Source: Candidatus Iainarchaeum sp. (GTDB taxonomy: Archaea > Iainarchaeota > Iainarchaeia > Iainarchaeales > VGJJ01). Taken from it: a stretch of 55,504 nucleotides of DNA. Below are positions 36,146 through 45,892 of the stretch, piece by piece. The notes beneath the pieces are model-generated. The model made no database searches. It had not been told where the DNA came from and saw nothing but the letters and a program-made list of their open reading frames with translations. How positions within the stretch are numbered: the first letter of the stretch is position 1; the number at the start of each line of letters is the position of its first letter. The position numbers and the translations under genes were made by a program. The stretch covers positions 1 through 55,504 of the forward strand of contig JAZDJQ010000007.1 of assembly GCA_043803765.1 (NCBI GenBank), given 5' to 3'.

Positions 36146-38395
36146 ATGACTCAATTAACGGATTTGTTGAAGCCTTCTGGAATTAAGGTCGAAATGGACA
36201 ATATCCAAGTTAATGACCAGTATAATCGCGTCATCATGGCAGTAGGTTATCCCCGCACAATTCGAGAGGGGTGGCTCGATTCACTCATCGCGAGCGAAGG
36301 GAATTACGACCTCAGCATCCACATTACTCCATCAAATGTTGAAACAATTCTCTCCCAACTCAATCAGGAATTAGTCAAACAAGAAGCCGATTTGATGGCC
36401 GCCCAAATGAAGGGAATCGTTAACCCATCCTTACGAATCCAACATCAAGACACGCTCAACGTATTGGAAAAGCTACAGAAGGGAGAAGAAAAATTATTCA
36501 ACATGAGCCTATACCTCAACGCCCGCGCATATACGAAAGAAAAACTCGAACTATTATCCAAGAAAATCATTTCCGAACTCAACGCCATCATGATTATCCC
36601 GAAGATGCCATTCCTCCGAATGTATGATGCACTCAAATCCATTTATCCAATCCAAGAAGATAAACTCAAAATAACGCGAAACATGCCAAGCGACGCACTA
36701 AGCGCATGCTTCCCATTCACCACCGCATACCTCGACCTAGATAACGACGGAATTCTTTTCGGGTTAAACAAAACAAACAATATTCCCATTATTCTCGATC
36801 CGTACAGCTTTGCAAACTATAACGGGCTCATTTTAGGAACATCCGGCGGAGGAAAAAGCGTTACCGCCAAACTATTCATTCTACGAAACCAATTACGCGG
36901 AGTAAAGACCATGATCATTGATCCCCAAGGAGAATATGTGGAGCTAACCAAAAAATACAACGGACAAGTCGTCGAAATTTCACGGGAAAGTGAAACAATA
37001 ATCAATCCCTTTGACCTTATGGAACAAGATTTGGGAGAAAAAATGTTGTCCCTCATGGACTTGTTCAAAATCATGTGCGGGGAACTGACGGAAGTTCAGA
37101 AGAATATTCTCGATAAAGCCGTCCAAACGGTATATGAGCAAAAAGGAATCATTCATAATAATCCTGAAACATGGAGTCGAGAACCCCCGATCATGGAAGA
37201 CCTATACAACGAGATCCTAAAAGAAAAGAAAACCTCCTCAAAACAAGAGCGAATGACCTATGAAGCACTCGAAAACCGTATCCGCATCTATGCCAAAGGA
37301 ACATTCTCATTCGTAAACAAACAGACCAACCTCGACTTATCGAATGATTTGATCTGCTTCAATATTGCCCAGATGCCCAACCAAATAAAACCCACCATGA
37401 TGTATTTAGTAATGGATTTTGTCCACAAGAAAATGCAAAAGGACCGCGAAAGAAAAGTATTAGTTATCGACGAAGCATGGACACTATTACGATTCGCCGA
37501 GCATTCCAAACACATTTTTGAACTCATTAAAACCGCCAGAAAATTCGGACTAGGAATACTCATCCTCACCCAAGAAGTAGGCGACCTCATTACAAGCGAA
37601 GCCGGAAAAACAATTCTCGCCAACACGAGCTGGAAATTCCTAGCCCGACAAGAACCAACCGTCATCGAAGAACTAAGCCAAAAATTCCACCTCAACAGCG
37701 AAGAACAAAACTATCTACTCACCGCCATGCCCGGAGAAGGACTATTATTCGCCATGAACGACCACATCCCACTAAAAGTCGTCCCATCACCCAGCGAATA
37801 CGATCTCATCACCACGAACCCCGATGAAATAATCCAACGAAACAAAAAATTAGCCGAATTAGGAGCAAAAAAAGAACCCGAAGATTTATCGTCCTTCAAA
37901 TTAGAAAAAAAATATTATTTAAAAAAGGGATTAACGCCCGACCAAATAGAATTTCTAAAAGAGCATAACTATCACGAGGCCAGACTATGCGGATTCGACA
38001 ACTATTCCCAATGGTATCTGGTGCAAAAACCCGATTCCAGCGAAAAAATCGAACACCAATTCATGGTACAACTCATCGCAGACGAAGCACGAAAATACAC
38101 CCAAGACGTAATGACCTATTCCAGCACCGGACCCGATATTATTATCTGCATCCCAAAAAAAGACAAACCCGACTTCTGCGAATTCATCGCATTAGAAATT
38201 GAAACAGGTTCACAAATACGAAACACCAAAGACCTCGGTCAAAAGACCGGACAAAACAACATGGAAAAATACAAAGAATGGTGGTTCGTCGTAACCAACA
38301 AGGATGATAAAAAAGAATTCGAAAAATACCATCAAACCATGACACGGATGGAAATACGAGAGTATTTGCGAAAGACAATTGGCAGAAAAGCCTAA
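36146..38395 (+). CDS. virB4: VirB4-like T4SS ATPase with a C-terminal PD-(D/E)XK-like domain
   Basis: FPF, G.LFG.N, Walker A GTSGGGKS, IIDPQGEY, INPFD, Walker B VIDEAW, ARKFG, TQ, GEGL. Confidence 0.88.
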   Translation: MTQLTDLLKPSGIKVEMDNIQVNDQYNRVIMAVGYPRTIREGWLDSLIASEGNYDLSIHITPSNVETILSQLNQELVKQEADLMAAQMKGIVNPSLRIQHQDTLNVLEKLQKGEEKLFNMSLYLNARAYTKEKLELLSKKIISELNAIMIIPKMPFLRMYDALKSIYPIQEDKLKITRNMPSDALSACFPFTTAYLDLDNDGILFGLNKTNNIPIILDPYSFANYNGLILGTSGGGKSVTAKLFILRNQLRGVKTMIIDPQGEYVELTKKYNGQVVEISRESETIINPFDLMEQDLGEKMLSLMDLFKIMCGELTEVQKNILDKAVQTVYEQKGIIHNNPETWSREPPIMEDLYNEILKEKKTSSKQERMTYEALENRIRIYAKGTFSFVNKQTNLDLSNDLICFNIAQMPNQIKPTMMYLVMDFVHKKMQKDRERKVLVIDEAWTLLRFAEHSKHIFELIKTARKFGLGILILTQEVGDLITSEAGKTILANTSWKFLARQEPTVIEELSQKFHLNSEEQNYLLTAMPGEGLLFAMNDHIPLKVVPSPSEYDLITTNPDEIIQRNKKLAELGAKKEPEDLSSFKLEKKYYLKKGLTPDQIEFLKEHNYHEARLCGFDNYSQWYLVQKPDSSEKIEHQFMVQLIADEARKYTQDVMTYSSTGPDIIICIPKKDKPDFCEFIALEIETGSQIRNTKDLGQKTGQNNMEKYKEWWFVVTNKDDKKEFEKYHQTMTRMEIREYLRKTIGRKA

Positions 38396-38442
38396 AAAGG
38401 TTTATATTATAGTTTGGTAGTTAGTGTTAAGTTGTGAGATAA

Positions 38443-39075
38443 ATGTCGTATAGGATTCTTGTGCGTCGGTTGTGGCTGGAGGAAGGCCGATATGTCACAG
38501 CCTCTGCCCTAAAAGAACGATGCAACCCCTTAGGTCTATCCTATGAAGATGCATTATCCTATTTGTTCCGAAACAAGTACGTGGTTCGGATCCTCCGGGG
38601 ATTCTTCTATATCCCAACCGTTGAAGAACGCCGGTTGAAAACGCTGGGCCCCAACCCATACGAAGCGATTACAAAAGCCATGGAATACAAGAAAATCAAA
38701 AACTGGTATTTTGGATTGGAAACCGCCATCAAATGGAATAACATTACCCACGAACACTTTACCGTGGACTATGTGGTCTCGGATACGCTTTTTCGAGCCA
38801 AACCTATCATCATTTTAGGACGAAAAATAAAATTCGTTAAACTAAAAAAAAGTCTTTTCGATTTTGGAATCAAACGAGAGAAAAAATTACCCTATTCGGA
38901 TTTAGAAAAAACCATTTTAGATCTTGTTCATATCCGAAAATACGCGGGAAGAAGTGATAAAGCAATTAGTGATGAGTTGACTGAGTGGGCTGAAACTGCA
39001 TCAAAAACGAAACTCCGCGGGTATGCCAAACATTATTCCCTCTCCGTTAGAAGAATTATGGAGAAACTTGTATGA
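38443..39075 (+). CDS. AbiEi-like antitoxin (type IV TA)
   Basis: RI.RGFFY, WYFGLETA, YSDLEKTILD; overlaps the AbiEii-like gene. Confidence 0.8.
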   Translation: MSYRILVRRLWLEEGRYVTASALKERCNPLGLSYEDALSYLFRNKYVVRILRGFFYIPTVEERRLKTLGPNPYEAITKAMEYKKIKNWYFGLETAIKWNNITHEHFTVDYVVSDTLFRAKPIIILGRKIKFVKLKKSLFDFGIKREKKLPYSDLEKTILDLVHIRKYAGRSDKAISDELTEWAETASKTKLRGYAKHYSLSVRRIMEKLV

Positions 39076-40016
39076 TTCCGGGAGATTTCATCCAAAAAAT
39101 AACCAACACGATGAATATTACGAACACCCAAATGGTGGAAAAAGACTTATATCTTCAGGGACTCCTCCTCGAATTAGAAAAATCAACCTATTTTACCAAT
39201 CACTTTACGTTCAAAGGGGGAACATGCCTGACCAAAGTTTATTACGGATATTACCGCTTCTCGGAAGACCTCGATTTCACCTGGATAGACCCACAAAAAC
39301 TAGAATCAAATTCCGCGAATGAAACCCGGCGAAAAATATCCCACGAAATAGCTCAACTGATGACATTATTCGAAAAAGCGGGCGAAAAAACGGGTCTCGA
39401 TTTCAAAGCCCAAAAATCGAATAAGCATTACATTCAGCTGGGAGGAAGCAACCGCTTCGTTACATTCAAATTCTGGTATCAATCAGCCATCAGTCGGATA
39501 GAGACGTTTATCAAAATTCAATTCAACTTCACTGAAAAACTATTCCACTCTTCCGTTCTACGAACGATTAATCCCATCGCAAACAACTTTTCGTCTCACC
39601 AAAAAGCTGAACTCGAAAAAGAATATCCTGTCTATGGGGCTTGGGCCATTCAACCCGCCCGATTACACACCTACAATATCAAAGAGATCGCAGCCGAAAA
39701 GATCCGAGCCATCTTAACCCGACGAGGAATAAAAGCCCGCGACTACGTGGACTTATACATCCTTAATCAAAAAAAAATTAAGGTTAAAGAGGTCGAAACG
39801 CTAGCGATTCAAAAAACAGTTTTCATGCTAAATTACGAAAAATATGACCAAAACTTATCGACCAAAACATTTAATGAAAAAATAGATCTCGGAAAAGAGG
39901 AAGCGCTCATGATTCAACCGATTGGAAAAGACTTTCAATCATTTATCGAAAAAAAACAGAAAGAACTACTGAAAATCGCGCAAACCGTCAAAAGAGAATA
40001 CGCCAAAACAAAATAA
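39072..40016 (+). CDS. AbiEii/AbiGii-family nucleotidyltransferase toxin
   Basis: EKD, FKGGTCL.K.Y..Y.RFSEDLDF, EI.AEKIRA, RDYVDL. Confidence 0.92.
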   Translation: MIPGDFIQKITNTMNITNTQMVEKDLYLQGLLLELEKSTYFTNHFTFKGGTCLTKVYYGYYRFSEDLDFTWIDPQKLESNSANETRRKISHEIAQLMTLFEKAGEKTGLDFKAQKSNKHYIQLGGSNRFVTFKFWYQSAISRIETFIKIQFNFTEKLFHSSVLRTINPIANNFSSHQKAELEKEYPVYGAWAIQPARLHTYNIKEIAAEKIRAILTRRGIKARDYVDLYILNQKKIKVKEVETLAIQKTVFMLNYEKYDQNLSTKTFNEKIDLGKEEALMIQPIGKDFQSFIEKKQKELLKIAQTVKREYAKTK

Positions 40017-40024
40017 TTACATTA

Positions 40025-40555
40025 TCATTGGTTAATCATCCACGGTTTCAGTTTAGCTTGTTCCGCCTGCTTAATCTGTTCCTCGGCCGTTCGTCGAATA
40101 TCTCTCAGAGTGAACTCATCTAAAACAGTCTGACGATTTTTCTTTGAAATAAGTCTTTTCTGCCCCCCGTCCAATTCGATGAGATAAATTTCTTCACTCA
40201 AACTGGAGTCATTTAATACGAGCTGGCTGATGAGTTCTTTTCCACGTTTTAATCGGATAGATAATTGGTTCAAGTTATCCGAATACGCCGCAACAGGATT
40301 CTCAGCAAAATAAGACACCGGAGAAAGATTCGTTTTCTTAATGAGACCAACCTTCAAAAGATCATGAAGAACAAGATAAATGGTAGAACGCGCTAAACCT
40401 GCCTCTTTAACAATGGCTTCAGCCGGAAGAGGTTCAATACGCCAAAGAAGGCGATATACACGAGCATGGTTGCGCGAGAGGTCAGGAAAAAAGTGGCGAA
40501 ACAAGCCCCACAATTCTTCAGAATTCTCAGGCGAAACCATTAACAGACCCTTCAA
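40025..40555 (-). CDS. TrmB-like HTH transcriptional regulator
   Basis: LS...ARVY..L, GLARSTIY.VL..L...GLI, P..Y.A..P. Confidence 0.8.
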   Translation of the reverse strand: MKGLLMVSPENSEELWGLFRHFFPDLSRNHARVYRLLWRIEPLPAEAIVKEAGLARSTIYLVLHDLLKVGLIKKTNLSPVSYFAENPVAAYSDNLNQLSIRLKRGKELISQLVLNDSSLSEEIYLIELDGGQKRLISKKNRQTVLDEFTLRDIRRTAEEQIKQAEQAKLKPWMINQ

Positions 40556-40683
40556 AAGTCTGTATAACTACGGCGATTGCCTAAATTATAAGCCTTTGGT
40601 TAAATGGGAAACAACCAGAAAGTTGAACTTAATGGTAATTTTACCGCCCTTGCCTTAAAAATACATGAAGTCAGTTAGATATA

Positions 40684-41172
40684 ATGAACAACCAGGACGT
40701 AGCCCTCGCTGGAGAATTTTTCACCCTCGCGCAACTATCCCTCCAAGGATTAGTGGGCACATTGACCCTCGGCCACACTAAACATGTCGATATCTTAGTT
40801 GCTAACCCTGAAAATGGAAAAACATTCCGATTGGAAGTAAAAACCGCAAGCAAAGGACCCTATAAATCCAAGCAATTCGGAACAAATTTTGAATGGCACA
40901 TGGCCAAAAAACATGAAACCATCCACGACGATAACTTGTTCTACTGCTTCGTACTCCTCCAATCCCCCGAGATCATGCCACGATTCTTTATTGTGCCAAG
41001 CAAGGACGTAGCAAAATTCGTGAAAGAAGACGACGAATACTGGCACAATCTCCCCCGAACAAAGATCGTGAAGAAAACAGACATGCGCGTCTTCCGATTA
41101 CAAGCAGACGAAAAATCAAGAGGACTCGATCGAAAAAGATACGAAAATAACTGGGACTATTTCAAAAAATAA
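40684..41172 (+). CDS. PD-(D/E)XK restriction-endonuclease-like protein
   Basis: AGEF...L, VDIL, EVKT, FY.FV, FFIVP. Confidence 0.75.
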   Translation: MNNQDVALAGEFFTLAQLSLQGLVGTLTLGHTKHVDILVANPENGKTFRLEVKTASKGPYKSKQFGTNFEWHMAKKHETIHDDNLFYCFVLLQSPEIMPRFFIVPSKDVAKFVKEDDEYWHNLPRTKIVKKTDMRVFRLQADEKSRGLDRKRYENNWDYFKK

Positions 41173-41185
41173 TGGAGAAAAAAGA

Positions 41186-42379
41186 ATGATCTACTCGTAC
41201 TCAGGAATTTCAACATTTGAATTGTGCCCTAAAAAATTCGAATTCCAATATCTCACCAAACCAAAACCAGACGTCCCAGAAAGAGAATCTATCCACTCAT
41301 TCATGGGAAAGCGCGTACACGAAACTCTGGAAAAATTCTATAAGGATAAAGACTATGAAAAAGAAGCCACACTAAGTGAACTCGTAAAATACTATTCCAA
41401 AATCTGGAAAGAAGAATGGAAAAATGGAATAATACTAGATGGGGTTCATTCTCAAAAGGACTTTTTCAATAAAGGGAAACGATGCCTCAAAAACTTCTAC
41501 AATGATATCCGAAAAAAACACAACGGAGACATCATCGGCATCGAAAAGAAAATACGATTTAAACTCGACGAGGAAGAAAAATACCAAATGAAAGGAGTCA
41601 TTGACTTATTCCTAAAAATAGACGAAAAACACTATCAAATCGTAGACTACAAAACAGGACAACCTCACGACCAATTACAAGTCGATCAAGACGAGCAACT
41701 CCCCCTCTACCAAATTGCCATCCAAGAAAGATACCCCCAAGCCGAAAAAATAGACCTCATATGGCACTACCTATCCATCAATGACAGCAGATTATCATCC
41801 CGGACACCCCAAAAACTAGAAGCACTCAAGAAAAAAACGATCCAAACTATCAAAGCAATTGAAAACACCCAAAAGTTCGAAACAAAACCTGGAAAACTAT
41901 GCGGATACTGCAAATACCAACCCATCTGCCCGGCGTTTAAACACCAAGAAATGCTCAAAACCCTACCAAAAACCCAATACAAAAAAGAAGAAGGACTAAT
42001 ACTCGCCGACGAATACGCCAAAACCTATCACGAATTGAAAAGAATCGAAAAGGAACTCGACAGCCAACTGGAAGTACTAAAAGAAAAAATATTTGACTAT
42101 GCCAAACAGCACGGGTTTGAAGTGGTGCAAGGAACTAACTGCAAGCTTTCTTTGAAAAAAGAAGTAAAAACGCATTTCCCGTTCAAAAATAGTAAAGAAA
42201 GGGCAACTTTAAATCAACTCATTGAGGCTCATAATTTATGGAAAGACCTGAGCGAATTAGACACCACCAAACTATGGAATTATTTGAAAGAAGGAAAAAT
42301 CGACCCTAAACTGGCCAAGAAAATCGGTTCTTTTTTAGAGGAATACGACTCTAAGACCATATACATTGGCAAAAAATAA
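41186..42379 (+). CDS. RecB/AddB/Cas4-like PD-(D/E)XK nuclease with a probable Fe-S cluster
   Basis: SYS...F..CP, G..VH..LE, G.ID, DYKTG, QL.LY, CGYCKYQPIC. Confidence 0.88.
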   Translation: MIYSYSGISTFELCPKKFEFQYLTKPKPDVPERESIHSFMGKRVHETLEKFYKDKDYEKEATLSELVKYYSKIWKEEWKNGIILDGVHSQKDFFNKGKRCLKNFYNDIRKKHNGDIIGIEKKIRFKLDEEEKYQMKGVIDLFLKIDEKHYQIVDYKTGQPHDQLQVDQDEQLPLYQIAIQERYPQAEKIDLIWHYLSINDSRLSSRTPQKLEALKKKTIQTIKAIENTQKFETKPGKLCGYCKYQPICPAFKHQEMLKTLPKTQYKKEEGLILADEYAKTYHELKRIEKELDSQLEVLKEKIFDYAKQHGFEVVQGTNCKLSLKKEVKTHFPFKNSKERATLNQLIEAHNLWKDLSELDTTKLWNYLKEGKIDPKLAKKIGSFLEEYDSKTIYIGKK

Positions 42380-42400
42380 AAGGATGAAAAGGCGAAAGAT

Positions 42401-45400
42401 ATGTCAAAACTTGAAGAAATTAAACCGGGTGTGAGCATTGTAGGCATAAAATCGCAAGGTCTAGTCAAAATTTTGAGTGTGGAATGGCATGGAAACGAAT
42501 ATGTTACGATTACATACAAAGAAGAATCTGGACAAGTCAACCAGCAAACGATTGGGAGAGACAAAGAAAACCAGTTAAAAATTTTTAGTCAAGAAAACGC
42601 GTGGACGTTCGATGCCGATTCCGAACTATTTCGCCTTGCAAGCGAAGCGCGTCGCATAAAACTAGCATACTTGTTCGATCCACTCTTGGCAATCCACACA
42701 TCCAAAATACGCCCGTTGCCCCACCAAATAACAGCCGTTTATGACAACATGTTACACCGACAGCCCCTACACTTTTTACTGGCGGATGACCCCGGTGCCG
42801 GAAAAACCATTATGGCCGGTTTGCTAATCAAAGAATTAATGGTACGCGAAGACGTAAAACGGTGCTTAATAGTTGTTCCTGGTGGATTGGTAGAACAATG
42901 GCAAGACGAATTATTTGAAAAATTTCATTTGGAATTTGAAATTGTTAGCAGAGACCGAATCGAAAATTCAAGAACTGGAAACCCATTTTCAGAACTTGAC
43001 CTGGTCCTTGCTCGATTAGACCAATTAAGTCGATTTGAGGATTTAAAAGAAAAAGTTTGTGCAAAAGACTGGGATTTAATCATTGTTGATGAAGCCCACA
43101 AAATGGCAGCCCATTTTTATGGCAATAAATTAGAAGCGACCAAACGCTACCAATTAGGAGAAAAATTACGTGAACATACCCGGCACTTATTACTGATGAC
43201 TGCAACGCCCCACAATGGAAAAAACGAAGACTTTCAGCTTTTTATGGCTTTATTAGACAAAGACCGTTTTGAAGGACGACCACGAGGAGAAGGAGATGTA
43301 ATAAACGCTTCAGATATGATGCGGCGAATGGATAAAGAATCAATATTAACATTTGAAGAAAAAAAATTGTTCCCAGAGCGTTTCGCATACTCAAAAGACT
43401 TTCAACTTTCCCCTGAAGAAGGTTTATTGTATAAACACGTGACAGAATATGTCAGAGAAGAATTCAACCGAGCCGAACTCAAAGGAGAAAAGAAAAAAAA
43501 TGTAGTCGGGTTTGCATTAACAATTTTACAAAGACGCCTCGCTTCAAGCCCTGAAGCAATTTACCAGTCCATCAAACGCCGAAAAGAAAAACTCCAGAAA
43601 CGATTGCATGAATTATACCAAATTCGCGAAGGAAAAATCGAAGAAAAAAAAGACTCTTTCTACGAATTTTCACAAGAAGACATCGAAGACTTTGAAGACA
43701 ACCCCAATATTGAATCTGAAGAAATGGAAGAACGATTGGTCGACCAAGCCACGGCCTCAGAAACTATTCCTGAATTTGAAAAAGAAATAGCTACACTTGA
43801 AAAACTCGAAAAAGACGCACTGGCCCTGCGAAATAGTCAAAAAGACTCCAAATGGGGTGCACTCCGAGACTTGCTTGAAAATAACAAAGAAATGTTTGAC
43901 GCAAAAGGATTTCGGCGAAAACTAATCATTTTCACAGAGCACAGGAATACGCTTACGTATTTAGAAAATCGAATTCGAAAATTAATAGGCAAACCGGAAG
44001 CTGTCATAGTAATTCATGGTGGAGTTAAACGCGGTCAGCGAAAGTACGCACAAGACAAATTTACCCAAGATGAAAACGTTTCTATTTTGGTTGCTACGGA
44101 TGCAGCAGGGGAAGGAATCAATCTTCAGCGAGCCAATTTAATGATTAATTATGACTTACCATGGAACCCCAATAGAATCGAACAACGCTTTGGTCGAATT
44201 CACCGTATTAATCAAACCGAAGTTTGCTTCCTGTGGAATTTGTTTGCCAGTGAAACCCGAGAAGGAGATGTTTGGGCCACGTTATTCAACAAGCTTGAAG
44301 AACAACAAAAAGCATTGGGTGGCCGCGTCTTTGACGTTTTAGGAAAGGTATTTAGAGAAAAAAGCCTCAAAGAATTATTACTCGAATCTGTTCGGTATGG
44401 AGAAGACCCTAAACGAAAAATTGAGTTACAACGTGAAGTAAAAGGTGTTTTGGATATTGAGAACATTAGAAAAGTCATGAAGGAAAACGCTATTGGTGAA
44501 ACCTCGCTAAGTTTGAGCGACATTCAAGCGATTCGAGAAGACATGGAGAGGGCCAATGCCCGAAAACTTCAACCCCACTTCATCGCCTCTTTTTTCATCA
44601 AAGCTTTCACACAGTTTGGTGGAACAATTTCAGAAAAAGAAAAAAACCGTTTCGAAATTCGGTATGTTCCAGCAATTATTCGACAAAAAGATAAGTTGAA
44701 AGCGAACAAGATTCAAACCAAATACGAACGCGTTTGTTTTGACAAGGAATTAGCTAATCTTGAAGGCAAGCCCATAGCCGAGTTTTTATGCCCGGGTCAT
44801 GCTCTGTTTGATTCAACATTAGAACTCGTGTTAGAAAAATATGCGGGATTGTTGCGCCAAGGAAGTGTTTTAATAGACACTTCAGGAAAATTATCCGAAC
44901 CCGCATTGTTGTACTACTTGGAGCACGAAATTGATGATGAACGCGAATTATCGGGCGGTCAGCATCAAGTGGTTTCAAAACAAATGCAATTCATTTACCT
45001 AACAAAATCCAACCAAATCCTTTCAGCAGGTTATGCACCATACTTGGATTGCAGGCCATTAAAACAAAATGAAAAAATGGGCGACGTATTAATGCAAGCA
45101 TGGATTAAAAATAATCCTGAAAAAACTGTGGTGGATTTTGCTTTAGCCAATATCGTTCCAAACGAACTAAGCAAAATCCAATTACGGCGAAACGAAATAG
45201 TTGAAAAAACCATCAAAGCCGTTCAAGACCGGTTAACCAAAGAAATCAATTATTGGGACAATCGAGCCAACGAACTAAAACAAAAAGAACTGGAAGGACG
45301 CGCGCCCGCTGGCCTAAATTCTGGAATGGCACGCCAAAAAGCCGACGAAATGCACCAACGAATGAAAAGACGACTATCTGAATTGGAAAAAGAACGACGA

Positions 45401-45892
45401 CTCATCAACAAACCCCCGTTTATAGTCGGTGGAGCCTTGATCGTTCCCGAAACCATGATTGGAACTCAAATTCCTGACTTTGCGACAAACCCAGAAAATC
45501 GAAAAAAAACCGAGTTTTTAGCTATTCAAGCCGTTATTGAAGCCGAAAAAAAATTGGGTAGACTGCCTCAAAACGTAATGAAGGAGAACAAAGGTTGGGA
45601 CATTGAAAGCATGAATCCTACCAACAAAAAAATTTATTTTATTGAAGTCAAGGGACGCGAAGAAGGCGCAACTGTTATCACGGTTTCGCGAAACGAAATA
45701 TTGGCAGGCGCGAATATTTGCGAAGACGATTCCCAACGATACATTTTGGCCATCGTGGAAGTCAAAAATGGAAAAGCAAATAACCCCAAATACGTTCGAA
45801 ACCCGCCATTTGACAAGCACATCCAATTCGAAGTCACAAGCCAAAACTACGACTTAAAAAAATTATTAACAAAAGCAGAAGAACCACAATGA
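42401..45892 (+). CDS. SNF2-family helicase with a C-terminal DUF3883-like nuclease
   Basis: LLADDPGAGKT, DEAH, TATPH, TDAAGEGINLQ, EQRFGRIHR; C-terminal GWDIES...FIEVKG. Confidence 0.92.
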   Translation: MSKLEEIKPGVSIVGIKSQGLVKILSVEWHGNEYVTITYKEESGQVNQQTIGRDKENQLKIFSQENAWTFDADSELFRLASEARRIKLAYLFDPLLAIHTSKIRPLPHQITAVYDNMLHRQPLHFLLADDPGAGKTIMAGLLIKELMVREDVKRCLIVVPGGLVEQWQDELFEKFHLEFEIVSRDRIENSRTGNPFSELDLVLARLDQLSRFEDLKEKVCAKDWDLIIVDEAHKMAAHFYGNKLEATKRYQLGEKLREHTRHLLLMTATPHNGKNEDFQLFMALLDKDRFEGRPRGEGDVINASDMMRRMDKESILTFEEKKLFPERFAYSKDFQLSPEEGLLYKHVTEYVREEFNRAELKGEKKKNVVGFALTILQRRLASSPEAIYQSIKRRKEKLQKRLHELYQIREGKIEEKKDSFYEFSQEDIEDFEDNPNIESEEMEERLVDQATASETIPEFEKEIATLEKLEKDALALRNSQKDSKWGALRDLLENNKEMFDAKGFRRKLIIFTEHRNTLTYLENRIRKLIGKPEAVIVIHGGVKRGQRKYAQDKFTQDENVSILVATDAAGEGINLQRANLMINYDLPWNPNRIEQRFGRIHRINQTEVCFLWNLFASETREGDVWATLFNKLEEQQKALGGRVFDVLGKVFREKSLKELLLESVRYGEDPKRKIELQREVKGVLDIENIRKVMKENAIGETSLSLSDIQAIREDMERANARKLQPHFIASFFIKAFTQFGGTISEKEKNRFEIRYVPAIIRQKDKLKANKIQTKYERVCFDKELANLEGKPIAEFLCPGHALFDSTLELVLEKYAGLLRQGSVLIDTSGKLSEPALLYYLEHEIDDERELSGGQHQVVSKQMQFIYLTKSNQILSAGYAPYLDCRPLKQNEKMGDVLMQAWIKNNPEKTVVDFALANIVPNELSKIQLRRNEIVEKTIKAVQDRLTKEINYWDNRANELKQKELEGRAPAGLNSGMARQKADEMHQRMKRRLSELEKERRLINKPPFIVGGALIVPETMIGTQIPDFATNPENRKKTEFLAIQAVIEAEKKLGRLPQNVMKENKGWDIESMNPTNKKIYFIEVKGREEGATVITVSRNEILAGANICEDDSQRYILAIVEVKNGKANNPKYVRNPPFDKHIQFEVTSQNYDLKKLLTKAEEPQ

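Noticed and set aside
41186-42379. Cas4 of a CRISPR-Cas locus
   Set aside because: No repeat-spacer array or other cas gene is visible in the window; treated as a solo RecB/Cas4-like nuclease
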